Origin: SAR86 cluster bacterium AG-422-E19
GTDB lineage: Bacteria > Pseudomonadota > Gammaproteobacteria > Magnimaribacterales > AG-339-G14
Length of the DNA stretch: 64,000 bases
Reading direction: 5' to 3'
Assembly: GCA_003213595.1 (NCBI GenBank)
Contig: QCMR01000001.1
Location: 154,015-218,014, forward strand
A model generated the notes under the pieces. The model saw only the letters and a list, made by a program, of their open reading frames with translations. It did not search any database and was not told the origin of the DNA. Position numbers and translations under genes: made by a program. Shown in pieces: positions 28,983-40,917 of this stretch. Position 1 is the first letter of the stretch. Every line of letters starts with the position of its first letter.

Positions 28983-30017
28983 TTATTTAACAACTTTACC
29001 GTCTCGGGCGACCTTTTGTCCTAAATTTTTCCTGTCTTTCAACTGAGATGTAGATGTTGTTACTTGCTTATAAGAGTTCAATACATTCCATTTATGAAAG
29101 CCTTCCATCAACTCTTTAATGTCGTCCTCGATAAGATACTCAGGAGGGATATTTAACGTTTTTACATATTCTTCTATTGAGATATTTTCTTTTTTCAGAG
29201 ATCTTGAAAATTCCAATACATAATCCAAATAAGAAATATATTTCTCTACTATGTCGCCATCAGAGATTTGTCCATGCCCGGCTACAATAATTTTAGGATC
29301 GATTTTTCTTTGAAAATTTTTCATGGACTTCAAATAGTCTGCAACGATTTCAGATCTGGCCCACGGAATACTTCCCTTTCCAAAAATTAAATTTCCTGTC
29401 CAAGCCGCTCTGGCATCTGGGACATACACAACCGTATCACTTGGCGACATGCCAGGTCCAAAGTAATGCAACTCAACGATTTTATTTCCTAGATTTAATT
29501 TTTTCTTCTTCTTAAAGGACTCAGTGGGGAGTCTATCTACAACGTCTCTGAATAATTCAGTACTGCCGCCAACTGTAACTGAAATTATTTCTTTCCTTTT
29601 TTGCAATGAATTTTTCTTGAGAAAATCTATAGTCTTTTCATGCGCGATAATTTCAGTAGATTCAGGAAAAACATAGTTACCAAAAACATGATCGCCAAAT
29701 GCGTTTAGATTTACCAAATACTTTATTGGCAAGTCTGTGACCTTTTTCACGGCTTCAATAATTTGCTTTCCCATATTTCCCGTAAAATGAGCATCAATTA
29801 CCAAAACGGCATCGTCGCCTACAACAAACCCTGAATTGTCTGCAAAAGGAGTATTGGACATTAAAGCAAAAACTCCATCGTGTAATTTAACCGTCTCCAG
29901 TTCTACTCCAGAAGGGTCCAAAGGCGGAGGAACAAACCATTCTGGCCTAGCATTTGCGTAAAAGGTGCTGCAAAACAGAAATATGGTTAACAGGCATAAA
30001 GTTTTTAGATTAAACAT
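28983..30017 (-). CDS. Secreted MBL-fold protein with degenerate metal motif
   Basis: NSGFVVG, LVIDA, NAFGDH in place of HxHxDH, GPGMS, TGNL, AGHG. Confidence 0.75.
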   Translation of the reverse strand: MFNLKTLCLLTIFLFCSTFYANARPEWFVPPPLDPSGVELETVKLHDGVFALMSNTPFADNSGFVVGDDAVLVIDAHFTGNMGKQIIEAVKKVTDLPIKYLVNLNAFGDHVFGNYVFPESTEIIAHEKTIDFLKKNSLQKRKEIISVTVGGSTELFRDVVDRLPTESFKKKKKLNLGNKIVELHYFGPGMSPSDTVVYVPDARAAWTGNLIFGKGSIPWARSEIVADYLKSMKNFQRKIDPKIIVAGHGQISDGDIVEKYISYLDYVLEFSRSLKKENISIEEYVKTLNIPPEYLIEDDIKELMEGFHKWNVLNSYKQVTTSTSQLKDRKNLGQKVARDGKVVK

Positions 30018-30090
30018 TTGGATTTAATATAATTCCTCAAACAGAGCGTCCATTATATTAAAGTATAATTGATTCAATACAGGGAGAATA

Positions 30091-31503
30091 ATGGATTCAA
30101 ATGAACTAGTTAGTGCTTATCAAAACGACTCACTTGGGAGCGATGATGCCGTTGGCGTTGCAGACAAAATTAAAAAAGGAGAATCGAGTGCAAGCCTTGT
30201 GACTCGAGATGCAATAGAGCGCGCTAAGGCAGTTAATCCAAAACTGAATGCAATTACTGTAGAAAATTTTGATTTAGCTCAAACAAATTCAGAAAAGCCC
30301 TTTTCAGGATTCTTTCAAGGTGTTCCAACTTTTATAAAAGATACGGATGAGGTTCCTGGTCTTCCATTATATTTGGGCAGCAGAAGTCTTCCGGGCGAGC
30401 CTTCGCATAAATATTCAAGAGCAGCAAAACAAATTATAGATACCGGCCTGAATTGTTTGGGTACCACAACTACTCCTGAGTTTGGCTTGACTGGGACTAC
30501 TGAGAGCTTGCGGTTTGGGGCAACTTGTAATCCATGGAATACAGCATATTCAACTGGGGGCTCGTCCGGAGGAAGCTCTGCCTTAGTCGCCGCTGGAGTA
30601 ATTCCCATAGCTCATGCAAACGATGGAGCAGGTTCTATTCGAATACCGGCATCATGCTGTGGATTAGTCGGGCTTAAAGCATCTAGGGGTCGGATAAAAG
30701 ACAAAGAAGTTCCAGGTTATTTACCTGCAAATATCTTACACGATGGTGTGGTTACGAGATCTGTTAGAGATACCTGGGCTTTCCACGCTGAAATTGAAAA
30801 AAACATTCCTGCTAGAGAATTTCCACCAATTGGCAACATATCGGAATCTTTCCCTAAAAATTTAAAGATAGCTGTATTAACAGAAAATTGTCTTGGCGAA
30901 GATAGTTCCGCTGAGTTGGTTCAGGCAACTCATGATGTGGCCAGGCTATGCGAGTCGCTTGGTCATGAAGTAGAAATGATATCGAATCCTTTTTACGAAA
31001 AATTCGATGAAGATTTTTGGTTATTGTGGGCACACTTTGGCTTCTTAATAAGATATTCGGTAGGTAAAGAGCTAAGTTCAAAATTTGATCACACGCAATT
31101 AGAGCAATGGCCGAAGTATCTTATCTCTCGTCATTGGAGAAATATTCACAAAGTTCCTGTAGCGTTTTGGCGCCTAAGACGCTTTGTATCTCAATATGAA
31201 ACTTTTATGCAAAACTTCGACATCCTCCTAACTCCGACTCTTGGCACAACTGTTCCTAAGCTTGGTTTTTTCGGTCCAGAGGTAACCGGACAAGAACATT
31301 GGGAAAGGATTAATGATTTTCTCCCATTCACTAAGTATCAGAATATATCGGGTGCGCCTGCTATTACTTTGCCTTGTGGCACTGACTTAAAAGGTTTGCC
31401 AATAGGCATTCAGCTTTCAAGTCGTCTGGGAGAAGATCGGCTTCTGCTTAAACTGAGCCTTCAGCTTGAACAAAATTCGACCTGGAAGAGCTTGAACAAG
31501 TAA
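30091..31503 (+). CDS. Amidase signature family enzyme
   Basis: GVPTFIKD, GGSSGGS, NDGAGSIRIPA (Lys-cisSer-Ser). Confidence 0.92.
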   Translation: MDSNELVSAYQNDSLGSDDAVGVADKIKKGESSASLVTRDAIERAKAVNPKLNAITVENFDLAQTNSEKPFSGFFQGVPTFIKDTDEVPGLPLYLGSRSLPGEPSHKYSRAAKQIIDTGLNCLGTTTTPEFGLTGTTESLRFGATCNPWNTAYSTGGSSGGSSALVAAGVIPIAHANDGAGSIRIPASCCGLVGLKASRGRIKDKEVPGYLPANILHDGVVTRSVRDTWAFHAEIEKNIPAREFPPIGNISESFPKNLKIAVLTENCLGEDSSAELVQATHDVARLCESLGHEVEMISNPFYEKFDEDFWLLWAHFGFLIRYSVGKELSSKFDHTQLEQWPKYLISRHWRNIHKVPVAFWRLRRFVSQYETFMQNFDILLTPTLGTTVPKLGFFGPEVTGQEHWERINDFLPFTKYQNISGAPAITLPCGTDLKGLPIGIQLSSRLGEDRLLLKLSLQLEQNSTWKSLNK

Positions 31504-31524
31504 GTTTTATCAACCCTTCTTTGC

Positions 31525-31944
31525 TTAGGAATTAGGAAAAATTCTCCATTGATTAACTTTATGAGTTGCGCTAAGTACCAATAGACCAGCAAAGATTCCT
31601 AGGTTCTTAACGAAGTTCTGAGTTTCGTGTCCTGCATCTGTATTTGGATAATCATTCCAAAAATCATGTACGCCGATATTAATGAAAATAGTTAGTGCGG
31701 CCAGAATCAAAGCAGACTCTTTTATGCGATAACCCATGATAAGAGTGGTTCCTAAAATCAATTGCAAAGCTATTGTGACGGGTAAGAGAATGCTTACCCA
31801 GGGTATAGAATGCAATGCCATGTATTCAGCTGTGAGTTGATAGGTTGGAATTTTAGAAATCCCCGGTAGAAAAAAATAAAGTCCAAGCAGCACTCTCCCG
31901 AATGTGATGCAGGTTTTTTCAAGAATTTTCCAGTTATTATCCAT
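31525..31944 (-). CDS. DoxX family membrane protein
   Basis: GRVLLG, HDFW, NFVKNLGI.AGL. Confidence 0.85.
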   Translation of the reverse strand: MDNNWKILEKTCITFGRVLLGLYFFLPGISKIPTYQLTAEYMALHSIPWVSILLPVTIALQLILGTTLIMGYRIKESALILAALTIFINIGVHDFWNDYPNTDAGHETQNFVKNLGIFAGLLVLSATHKVNQWRIFPNS

Positions 31945-31947
31945 TCT

Positions 31948-33465
31948 TTATTTAGTTTTTGATTCTTCTATAAGCTTCATAAGATTTTCATGAATTACAA
32001 GCGCTGTATTTGGACCCAAAGAAACCACCTCTCCATAAGTTTCTTCATTCTCTCCATAAATCCAAGGGGCGTCTTCATCCCATTCACTTTTTGGAATGAT
32101 ATAACCAATAGCATCGTTGGCTAAATTCACCATCAAATTAAGTTTGTCTGGAAATTGGCTTCGTAAATGAGGAACTTCTTGAGGAGCTATTTCGTAATCT
32201 GCACCGATAGGATTTTCTATGCCTCCAACAGCAATTTCTGGATAGAGTTCTCCTGGAATGCCGGTAATAGATGCGTCTCCTATTTGTATAAATGCCACTT
32301 CACTGAGATATCTTATAAATGGTGGCATTAGACTAAATTTAGGATCGGTATCAATTACGCCAAGCAAAGTACCTAATGAAAGCATGAAATTTTCTATGCC
32401 TAATTCTATTTCTGTCGAGTTGACAGTTATCGATGGCTCTTGAGACTGCTTGAAATCTCCTGCTTGAAAAGCCTCGATGACACTGTTTGCTAAGCTATAT
32501 CCATACGTACGTGCTTTGGCATGACTTGGTTCGGTGAGCGTTTGTTTTAAAACAGGATCGTATATTGGATCGGTTGGCCCTGAAGTCATTAAGCCTCCTA
32601 TGTTTCCCGTCAACCATAATGTGGTTCCACCAAGTCCGGTTCTAATTAGCTGGTCGTCATAGTAAATACCTTCGCTGATACCTCTTCTTAAGTAGCCTGC
32701 AACATCAGCAGTTAATTCTAGATTTTTATCCCATGTAAGTTCGACATGAATTCCAAAGTTAATTAATGAGCCAATAATTGAGCCATCGGGGCGATTAAAC
32801 AAAATTGCCCTTATGTCGTCGTCTATGACGATGGGTTTACGTTTGTCTTTGATAGGCGTAAGTGGATTAGTCGGAATTAAAGCCAGGCTCATTTCTGCAG
32901 GCTCCAAGTTATCTATGGCCACTTTTAATGAGCGTATGAAAGCTGTTTTGAGCTGCTCCATATAAACATCATCGACGCCGCTTTTTAAAAAACCTGGCCC
33001 CCAAAGACCTTGAGTGTCTGGACCTTCATGATTATGTGTTGCATGCACCATGATGTAATCCAAACCCCACTCTGCAGGAACGTCCTCACGGACATTAAGA
33101 ACAAATTTTCGCATTAGCCCTATAGTGTCAGCGCTAATAATTCCTATCCGAGTCTGACCATCATCAATCACGGCGGTTACCGCCATGAGGTCATCTTTAA
33201 CTCCTTGCGCGGCTCTTTTATTTTGAAATCCTGCCATCCACACGGCATCAAATTCGTTGTTGCCATTCACATCAGTCCAGCTATCAATGTCCGAATCAAA
33301 TTGAGCGTCGTTATTAATATCTTCCCATTCATCGATTAGCTCAGGGGTAATTGGAAGCTCAGCAAAACCAACTTTAAATTCGTTTGCATAGATTTGAGAA
33401 GTCAAAACAATGCCAAACATTATAAAAATGTAAAGTCTGTATTTTGGAAAACTAAAGAAAATCAA
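31948..33465 (-). CDS. Neutral/alkaline ceramidase-like Zn hydrolase, probably secreted
   Basis: VGFA..ITP, WMAGF, ATHNHEGPD, IPGE, LAND..GYI; start uncertain. Confidence 0.65.
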   Translation of the reverse strand: MIFFSFPKYRLYIFIMFGIVLTSQIYANEFKVGFAELPITPELIDEWEDINNDAQFDSDIDSWTDVNGNNEFDAVWMAGFQNKRAAQGVKDDLMAVTAVIDDGQTRIGIISADTIGLMRKFVLNVREDVPAEWGLDYIMVHATHNHEGPDTQGLWGPGFLKSGVDDVYMEQLKTAFIRSLKVAIDNLEPAEMSLALIPTNPLTPIKDKRKPIVIDDDIRAILFNRPDGSIIGSLINFGIHVELTWDKNLELTADVAGYLRRGISEGIYYDDQLIRTGLGGTTLWLTGNIGGLMTSGPTDPIYDPVLKQTLTEPSHAKARTYGYSLANSVIEAFQAGDFKQSQEPSITVNSTEIELGIENFMLSLGTLLGVIDTDPKFSLMPPFIRYLSEVAFIQIGDASITGIPGELYPEIAVGGIENPIGADYEIAPQEVPHLRSQFPDKLNLMVNLANDAIGYIIPKSEWDEDAPWIYGENEETYGEVVSLGPNTALVIHENLMKLIEESKTK

Positions 33466-33468
33466 AAA

Positions 33469-35295
33469 TTACTCTACCGTGACAGACTTAGCTAAATTTC
33501 TTGGCTGATCTATGTCGGTCCCTCTGAGCAGGGCTACTTCGTAAGAAAGAATCTGTAAGGGCACGGTGTAAAGAATCGGTGTCAGTAAGAAATCGCACTC
33601 GGGTAAGTTTATTAGGTTCTTTGGTTTGAGCTTCATATTTCCTGCCGCATTTCCTACGACGTACAGTTTCCCGCCCCTCGCTTTCACTTCCTCTAAATTA
33701 GAGATTAATTTTTCTGCCAACTCGTTTTCGGGTGCCAAAGCAATAACAGGCATATTCTTATCAATCAGAGCAAGCGGTCCGTGTTTTAGCTCTCCTGCGG
33801 GATAGGCTTCAGCATGAATATAAGAAATTTCTTTGAGTTTTAGAGAGCCTTCTTGAGCTATCGGATAAAAGATACCCCTTCCTAAAAATAAAGCATTATC
33901 TTTTTTCGCAATTTCTTTAGCGATTTTTATAATCTTAGATTTTAACTCCAGCGACTTAGTTATTTTCTCTGGTAAAGCTCGTAAGGCGCCAACTACTCTC
34001 CCTCTTAATCTTGGATTTAGGTTTCTTGCTTTTGCTAAGGACAAAGTAAGTAACATCAAGGCAGTTAGTTGTGTGGTAAAGGCTTTGGTCGAGGCTACGC
34101 CTATTTCAGGACCCGCATTGGTCAATAAAACAAAGTCGGATTCTCTGGCAAGTGAGCTTGTGGGAACGTTGCAAATGGTAAGAAAACCCAAATAGCTTCT
34201 TTCTTTAGCATATCTCAATGCGCCTAAAGTATCTGCGGTCTCCCCCGATTGAGAAATGGTTAGTAACAAAGTATTTTTATCAACGTAGGGATTTTTGTAA
34301 CGGTATTCGCTCGCATAATCTATTTGCGTTGGGAGATTTGCGATTGCTGAAAACCAATTGGCTGCCACTCTGCCTGCGTGCAGACTTGTACCTGCAGCCA
34401 CGATTTGAATTCTTTCTACTTTTGAAAGCAACTCATTGGAACCTTCACCAAAAATATTTTCGAGCACATCTTCGCCTCCAATCCTGCCATCTAGCGTATT
34501 TAAAATTGCGGTTGGCTGTTCATAAATTTCTTTTTCCATAAAATGGCGGTAGCCGTTTTTGCCCATCGCCTCGCTGGAAACATCGATAGTGGTAATTTTT
34601 CTAATGGCCCTTTTCTGGTTCTTATCTAAAATCTTGTACTCTTTTGCCGATACCTCTGCGACATCACCGTCTTCCAAGAAGACAAATTCATTGGTTAGAT
34701 CAGCAAGCGCCAAAGGGTCGGATGCAGCAAACATGCCTGTATCGGATTGGCCCAAAAGCAGCGGCGATTTATTTCGCATGAGATAAAAATGCGATTCATT
34801 CTTCAAATCAATGGCAGCAACAGCGTAAGCGCCCTCAAGTTTTTCTTTCAACAAAGACATGGCTTCCAGCATCTCACTTCCTTGGTTTAAGAAAAAATCC
34901 AGTTGATGCGCTATCAGCTCTGAGTCGGTTTGGGAGTTAAATTGGTAACCTTTTTTTATGAGTTGTTCTTTCAAGGCAACATAATTTTCAATGATGCCGT
35001 TATGCACGATGAAAACTCTATTATTAGAAACGTGTGGATGGGCGTTCTCTTCTGAAGGTTTGCCATGGGTAGCCCATCTCGTATGGGCAATGCCAATTTT
35101 GCCCTTGGGCTTTTCTTTGACCATTTTGGATTCAAGCTTTTTGACTTTGCCTAAAGATCTAAGATGTGCAATATCGTCTATTTGATGCAAAGCCACTCCC
35201 GCAGAGTCGTAACCTCGATATTCCATCTTGTACAAGCCCTGCACTAAGAGTTTGCCAACGCTTTTTTCAGTAGCTGCTGCAATTATTCCGCACAT
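33469..35295 (-). CDS. glmS: Glutamine-fructose-6-phosphate aminotransferase
   Basis: MCGI, HTRWATHG, SQSGETADT, PRNLAKSVTVE. Confidence 0.97.
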   Translation of the reverse strand: MCGIIAAATEKSVGKLLVQGLYKMEYRGYDSAGVALHQIDDIAHLRSLGKVKKLESKMVKEKPKGKIGIAHTRWATHGKPSEENAHPHVSNNRVFIVHNGIIENYVALKEQLIKKGYQFNSQTDSELIAHQLDFFLNQGSEMLEAMSLLKEKLEGAYAVAAIDLKNESHFYLMRNKSPLLLGQSDTGMFAASDPLALADLTNEFVFLEDGDVAEVSAKEYKILDKNQKRAIRKITTIDVSSEAMGKNGYRHFMEKEIYEQPTAILNTLDGRIGGEDVLENIFGEGSNELLSKVERIQIVAAGTSLHAGRVAANWFSAIANLPTQIDYASEYRYKNPYVDKNTLLLTISQSGETADTLGALRYAKERSYLGFLTICNVPTSSLARESDFVLLTNAGPEIGVASTKAFTTQLTALMLLTLSLAKARNLNPRLRGRVVGALRALPEKITKSLELKSKIIKIAKEIAKKDNALFLGRGIFYPIAQEGSLKLKEISYIHAEAYPAGELKHGPLALIDKNMPVIALAPENELAEKLISNLEEVKARGGKLYVVGNAAGNMKLKPKNLINLPECDFLLTPILYTVPLQILSYEVALLRGTDIDQPRNLAKSVTVE

Positions 35296-36641
35296 TATTT
35301 TTTCTTTATATTCCTTTGTCTTGATCTGCCTAAGGCCAGTCTTTCAGCGGGAACGTCGCTCGTAACAACCGATCCAGCACCAATCATACTGTTTTGTCCG
35401 ATTTTTATAGGGGCAATCAAAGAGCTGTTGGAACCAATAAAAGCGCCTTTGCCCACTTTAGTTTTGTTTTTATTTTTACCGTCGTAATTTACAAAAATAG
35501 TCCCTGCTCCAACATTAACTTTTTCTGCAACTTGGCCATCGCCTATATAAGCCAAGTGCTTGGCTTTTGTGCCTTTGCCAATTTTGCTGCGTTTAACTTC
35601 AACAAAATTTCCAATCTCAGAATTTTCTTCAAGGTGAGCATCGGGTCCGATGTGCGCATAAGGACCAGCAGTGACATTTTTTTCTAATATTGCATTTTCA
35701 ATGAGAGTGTAGGGCTCAATTCTTGAGCCGTCGCCTATCTTGGAGTTTTTTATGATCGCGCCTGGGCCAATGATGACGTTTTTCCCAATTTCGACCTTTC
35801 CTTCAAAGATGCAGTTGATTTCGATACTACTGCCTTTTTGAATTTTAACCTCGCCTCTAAAATCCACTCTGGCGGGGTCAGAAATAGTCACTCCTTTTTT
35901 TAAAAACTCCTTGGCTTTCAACAGTTGATAGTTTCGCTCAAGCTGATTGAGCTCTTCTAGATTGTTTGCTCCCAAAACTTCCTCCTTGCTATCAAGTTTG
36001 ACAGCTTTTACTGGTATTTTGTTCTCATTTGCCAGACTTACAATATCGGTTAAATAATATTCTTTCGCAGCATTTTTATTGTTCAAGTCCTTAAGAAGCT
36101 CTTTAAGCTTGTTAGAAGCAACTGCCATAATTCCAGAATTTACTTCGGTGATTTTCTTTTGCTCTGTCGTTGCATCTTTCTCTTCAACAATTCCAAGTAC
36201 TTTGCCTCTAGGACTTCTGATGATCCTGCCATAACCTTTTGGTGTTTGTTGCTCAAATGAAAGCAGGGCGAGACTGCTTTTGCCAGCTGCCTTAACTAAG
36301 TTGTTCATCGTAGAGCTTTTCACTAATGGAACATCGCCGTAAAGAATAAGCGCTATCGACCCAGCTCTTAAGCCCTTTAAAGATTGTTTTACCGCGTGGC
36401 CTGTGCCCAATTGTTTTGCTTGTTTGGACCATTTGCTGTTTTTAGGAGCACATACAGAAGCTTTTACCAAAGAGGCTTGGTCGCCAACGACAATGTGAGG
36501 CTGGCAACTTTTTAATTCTAGAGAAATATCTAAAACATGCTGCAATAATGCTTTTCCAGCAACTTGCTGCAATACTTTTGGCGAAGCAGATTGCATTCTC
36601 TTGCCTTTGCCGGCGGCTAAAATAATTGCATCGATTTTCAT
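35295..36641 (-). CDS. glmU: Bifunctional UDP-GlcNAc pyrophosphorylase/acetyltransferase
   Basis: LAAGKGKRM, QLGTGHA, hexapeptide repeats, GNFVEVK. Confidence 0.96.
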   Translation of the reverse strand: MKIDAIILAAGKGKRMQSASPKVLQQVAGKALLQHVLDISLELKSCQPHIVVGDQASLVKASVCAPKNSKWSKQAKQLGTGHAVKQSLKGLRAGSIALILYGDVPLVKSSTMNNLVKAAGKSSLALLSFEQQTPKGYGRIIRSPRGKVLGIVEEKDATTEQKKITEVNSGIMAVASNKLKELLKDLNNKNAAKEYYLTDIVSLANENKIPVKAVKLDSKEEVLGANNLEELNQLERNYQLLKAKEFLKKGVTISDPARVDFRGEVKIQKGSSIEINCIFEGKVEIGKNVIIGPGAIIKNSKIGDGSRIEPYTLIENAILEKNVTAGPYAHIGPDAHLEENSEIGNFVEVKRSKIGKGTKAKHLAYIGDGQVAEKVNVGAGTIFVNYDGKNKNKTKVGKGAFIGSNSSLIAPIKIGQNSMIGAGSVVTSDVPAERLALGRSRQRNIKKK

Positions 36642-36688
36642 GAACAGCCCAGATTAGAGCGTATTCTAGATTTTTAAGGAGCTTTTGA

Positions 36689-37102
36689 CTATTTCTTTCG
36701 CATTTTGCGAAGCGTTTGCAATCTCGCAGCAACTTCAGCAAGTTCAGCTTTGGCTTTGGAAAAATCGACATCCGAGCCGGCATTATCTCTTGCCCTTTCT
36801 GCTAACTCTCTGGCTCTCTCAGCCTCTGCCTCATCAATATCTTCCGCTCTTTCAGCGACATCGGAAAGCAAAGTTACTGCATCTGGTTGCACTTCGATGA
36901 ATCCGCCGGATAGAAAAAACACTTTTTCTTCGCCGCCCTCTAAAATAACCTTCACCGGGCCTGCTTTGATCCCCGTTAGGAGTTGAGAGTGTCCTGGTGT
37001 AATGCCAAGTTCTCCTAAAGTTCCTGTGGCAACCACCATTTCAACCTGGCCAGAAAAAATTTCTGACTCAGCGCTTACGATGTTGCAAAGAATTGTCGAC
37101 AT
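36689..37102 (-). CDS. atpC: ATP synthase epsilon
   Basis: GELGITPGH, SGGFIEVQP; operon order. Confidence 0.96.
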   Translation of the reverse strand: MSTILCNIVSAESEIFSGQVEMVVATGTLGELGITPGHSQLLTGIKAGPVKVILEGGEEKVFFLSGGFIEVQPDAVTLLSDVAERAEDIDEAEAERARELAERARDNAGSDVDFSKAKAELAEVAARLQTLRKMRKK

Positions 37103-37104
37103 GC

Positions 37105-38490
<1,386 letters not shown>

Positions 38491-38500
38491 TCAATAATTT

Positions 38501-39361
38501 CTATAGTGCTGCAGCCCCACCGACAATTTCAGAAAGTTCCTGAGTAATTGCCGCTTGTCTGGCATTGTTGTAAATAAGTTGTAATTCGTCGATGAGAGTA
38601 CCGGCATTCTCGGTAGCATTTTTCATCGCAATCATTTTTGCCGCTTGCTCGCAGGCTATATTTTCAATCACGGCTTGATAAACCAAAGATTCAATATAAC
38701 GCTGCATTAAGCCGTCTAACAATTCTTTCGCATCTGGCTCATAGATGTAGTCCCATCTGTGTTTTAGTTCAGGTGTATCTTCTGCTAAAAGCGGCAGAAG
38801 TTGTTTGATTTCTGGCTGTTGAGTCATCGTGTTTTCAAACTTATTGCTAGCTAAATAAACCTTGTCGATTTCACCTGCTTCAAATTTTTCCAACAAGATC
38901 TTTATTGAGCCAATCAAATCCTCTAAAGCTGGAACATCTCCGAGCTTTTCAGCAGCTGCAACAACGTTACCGCCATAAGAGTTAAAGAATACCTTTGCCT
39001 TGGTGCCAACCGAACAAAACTGTTGGCCAATTCCTTGATCAGCTTGTTCTTTTAAAAATCCGACCAGACTTCTAAACAAGTTTATGTTTAAACCGCCACA
39101 CAAGCCTTTGTCAGAACTTACTACAATTATGCCGATGTTCTTGGTTTCTCTTTCTGTCATATACAGAGGCTTATATTCAGGATTTGAATTAGCCAAGTGG
39201 CCTATAACGGAGAGCATGCGATCTGCATAGGGTCTGCCCATTTCCATTCTGTCTTGAGTTTTGCGCATCTTACTAGAAGCTACCATTTCCATGGCGCTCG
39301 TAATTTTTTGCGTGTTTGAAATACTGGAAATTTGTTTTCTTATTTCTTTTGTATTTGCCAT
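38501..39361 (-). CDS. atpG: ATP synthase gamma
   Basis: [23 protein letters not shown]. Confidence 0.97.
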   Translation of the reverse strand: MANTKEIRKQISSISNTQKITSAMEMVASSKMRKTQDRMEMGRPYADRMLSVIGHLANSNPEYKPLYMTERETKNIGIIVVSSDKGLCGGLNINLFRSLVGFLKEQADQGIGQQFCSVGTKAKVFFNSYGGNVVAAAEKLGDVPALEDLIGSIKILLEKFEAGEIDKVYLASNKFENTMTQQPEIKQLLPLLAEDTPELKHRWDYIYEPDAKELLDGLMQRYIESLVYQAVIENIACEQAAKMIAMKNATENAGTLIDELQLIYNNARQAAITQELSEIVGGAAAL

Positions 39362-39362
39362 G

Positions 39363-40907
39363 CTACCAAGTTTGTGATGATTTGAATTTTTCTAGTGCTT
39401 CTTTGAAGCTAGCTAGTACCTCGTCAGAATATTCTCCGGTTTCATCTAAGTTGGCCATGAGTTCTTTGTATTCAGAAGCCATGAAAGACAACAAGGCAGA
39501 CTCAAAATCAGCTACTTTGTTAAGCTCTACATCCTTCATATAACCTTCGTTAACGGCAAAAAGCATTACAGACATCTCCCCAACTGACATTGGCGAGTAC
39601 TGTTTTTGTTTCATAACTTCGGTTACTTTTTGTCCTTGTTCCAACTGTTCTCGAGAAGCGTCATCCAAGTCTGAGGCAAATTGCGCAAATGCTTCGAGCT
39701 CTCTAAATTGGGCCAAAGCTATCCTTACTCCTCCGCCAAGCTTTCTAATCGATGGCAATTGAGCTGCTCCACCTACCCTTGAAACAGAAATTCCTGGGTC
39801 CATAGCCGGCAAAATACCTTTGTTAAAATAAGCAGTATCTAGGAAAATTTGTCCGTCAGTAATTGAAATCACATTCGTGGGAACGAAAGCCGATACATCC
39901 CCTGCTTGGGTTTCAATAATAGGAAGCGCGGTCAATGAGCCCGTCTTCCCTTTTACTTTTCCGCCGGTTTCTTGCTCAACATATTCGTCATTGACTCGTG
40001 AGGCTCTTTCGAGCAACCTTGAGTGAAGGTAAAAAATATCCCCTGGGTATGCCTCTCTTCCTGGCGGTCTTTTTAGCAGCAATGAAATTTGTCTGTAAGC
40101 AACCGCTTGTTTAGATAAGTCGTCATAAATGATCAAAGCATCTTCGCCTTTGTCTCTAAAGTACTCCCCCATAGAACAAGCAGAATATGGAGCCAAGAAT
40201 TGCATGGGCGCTGGGTCTGCTGATGCTGCAGCAACAACAATGGTGTGATCCATTGCGCCAAATTCTTCTAACTTTCTTACTGTTGCAGCTATTGAGGATT
40301 GTTTCTGGCCAATTGCCACATAAATGCAAGTCATGTTCTTGCCTTTTTGATTGATGATCGCGTCAATGGCGATAGCCGTTTTTCCTGTCTGTCTGTCGCC
40401 AATAATCAATTCCCTTTGGCCTCGCCCAATAGGCACCATGCTATCTACCGCTTTTAGTCCAATTTGAACTGGCTGATCAACTGGCTTTCTAAACATTACC
40501 CCAGGGGCAACTTTCTCAACTGGCGAAGTTAACTTGGAACCAATGTCGCCTTTACCATCGATTGGATTTCCTAGCGCATCTACTACTCTTCCAACAAGCT
40601 CATCGCCGACTGGGACTTCTAGAATTCTGCCAGTACATTTTGCGGTATCTCCTTCAGAAAGAAGTTTGTAATCACCAAAAATTACAACTCCCACAGAGTC
40701 GCGTTCTAAGTTCAGTGCCATGCCAAATACGCCGCCGGTGAATTCGATTAGCTCCCCATACATGGCTTCACTTAGTCCATGAACTCTGGCAATACCGTCA
40801 GCAAGAAACACAATCGTGCCTTCATTCGATTCTTCGGCAGACACGTCCAACTTATTAATTCGATCTTTTATAATCTTGCTAATTTCTGATGGGTTTAAAT
40901 CTTCCAT
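39363..40907 (-). CDS. atpA: ATP synthase alpha
   Basis: [18 protein letters not shown]. Confidence 0.98.
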   Translation of the reverse strand: MEDLNPSEISKIIKDRINKLDVSAEESNEGTIVFLADGIARVHGLSEAMYGELIEFTGGVFGMALNLERDSVGVVIFGDYKLLSEGDTAKCTGRILEVPVGDELVGRVVDALGNPIDGKGDIGSKLTSPVEKVAPGVMFRKPVDQPVQIGLKAVDSMVPIGRGQRELIIGDRQTGKTAIAIDAIINQKGKNMTCIYVAIGQKQSSIAATVRKLEEFGAMDHTIVVAAASADPAPMQFLAPYSACSMGEYFRDKGEDALIIYDDLSKQAVAYRQISLLLKRPPGREAYPGDIFYLHSRLLERASRVNDEYVEQETGGKVKGKTGSLTALPIIETQAGDVSAFVPTNVISITDGQIFLDTAYFNKGILPAMDPGISVSRVGGAAQLPSIRKLGGGVRIALAQFRELEAFAQFASDLDDASREQLEQGQKVTEVMKQKQYSPMSVGEMSVMLFAVNEGYMKDVELNKVADFESALLSFMASEYKELMANLDETGEYSDEVLASFKEALEKFKSSQTW

Positions 40908-40917
40908 TTGTAACCTC

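Noticed and set aside
18639..30017. Two MBL-fold genes as beta-lactam resistance determinants
   Set aside because: One has NAPE-PLD/RomA-type motifs; the other lacks site-1 ligands and the B1/B2 cysteine.
33440..33500. Tn7 insertion at attTn7
   Set aside because: No Tn7 end repeats, target duplication or tns genes visible.
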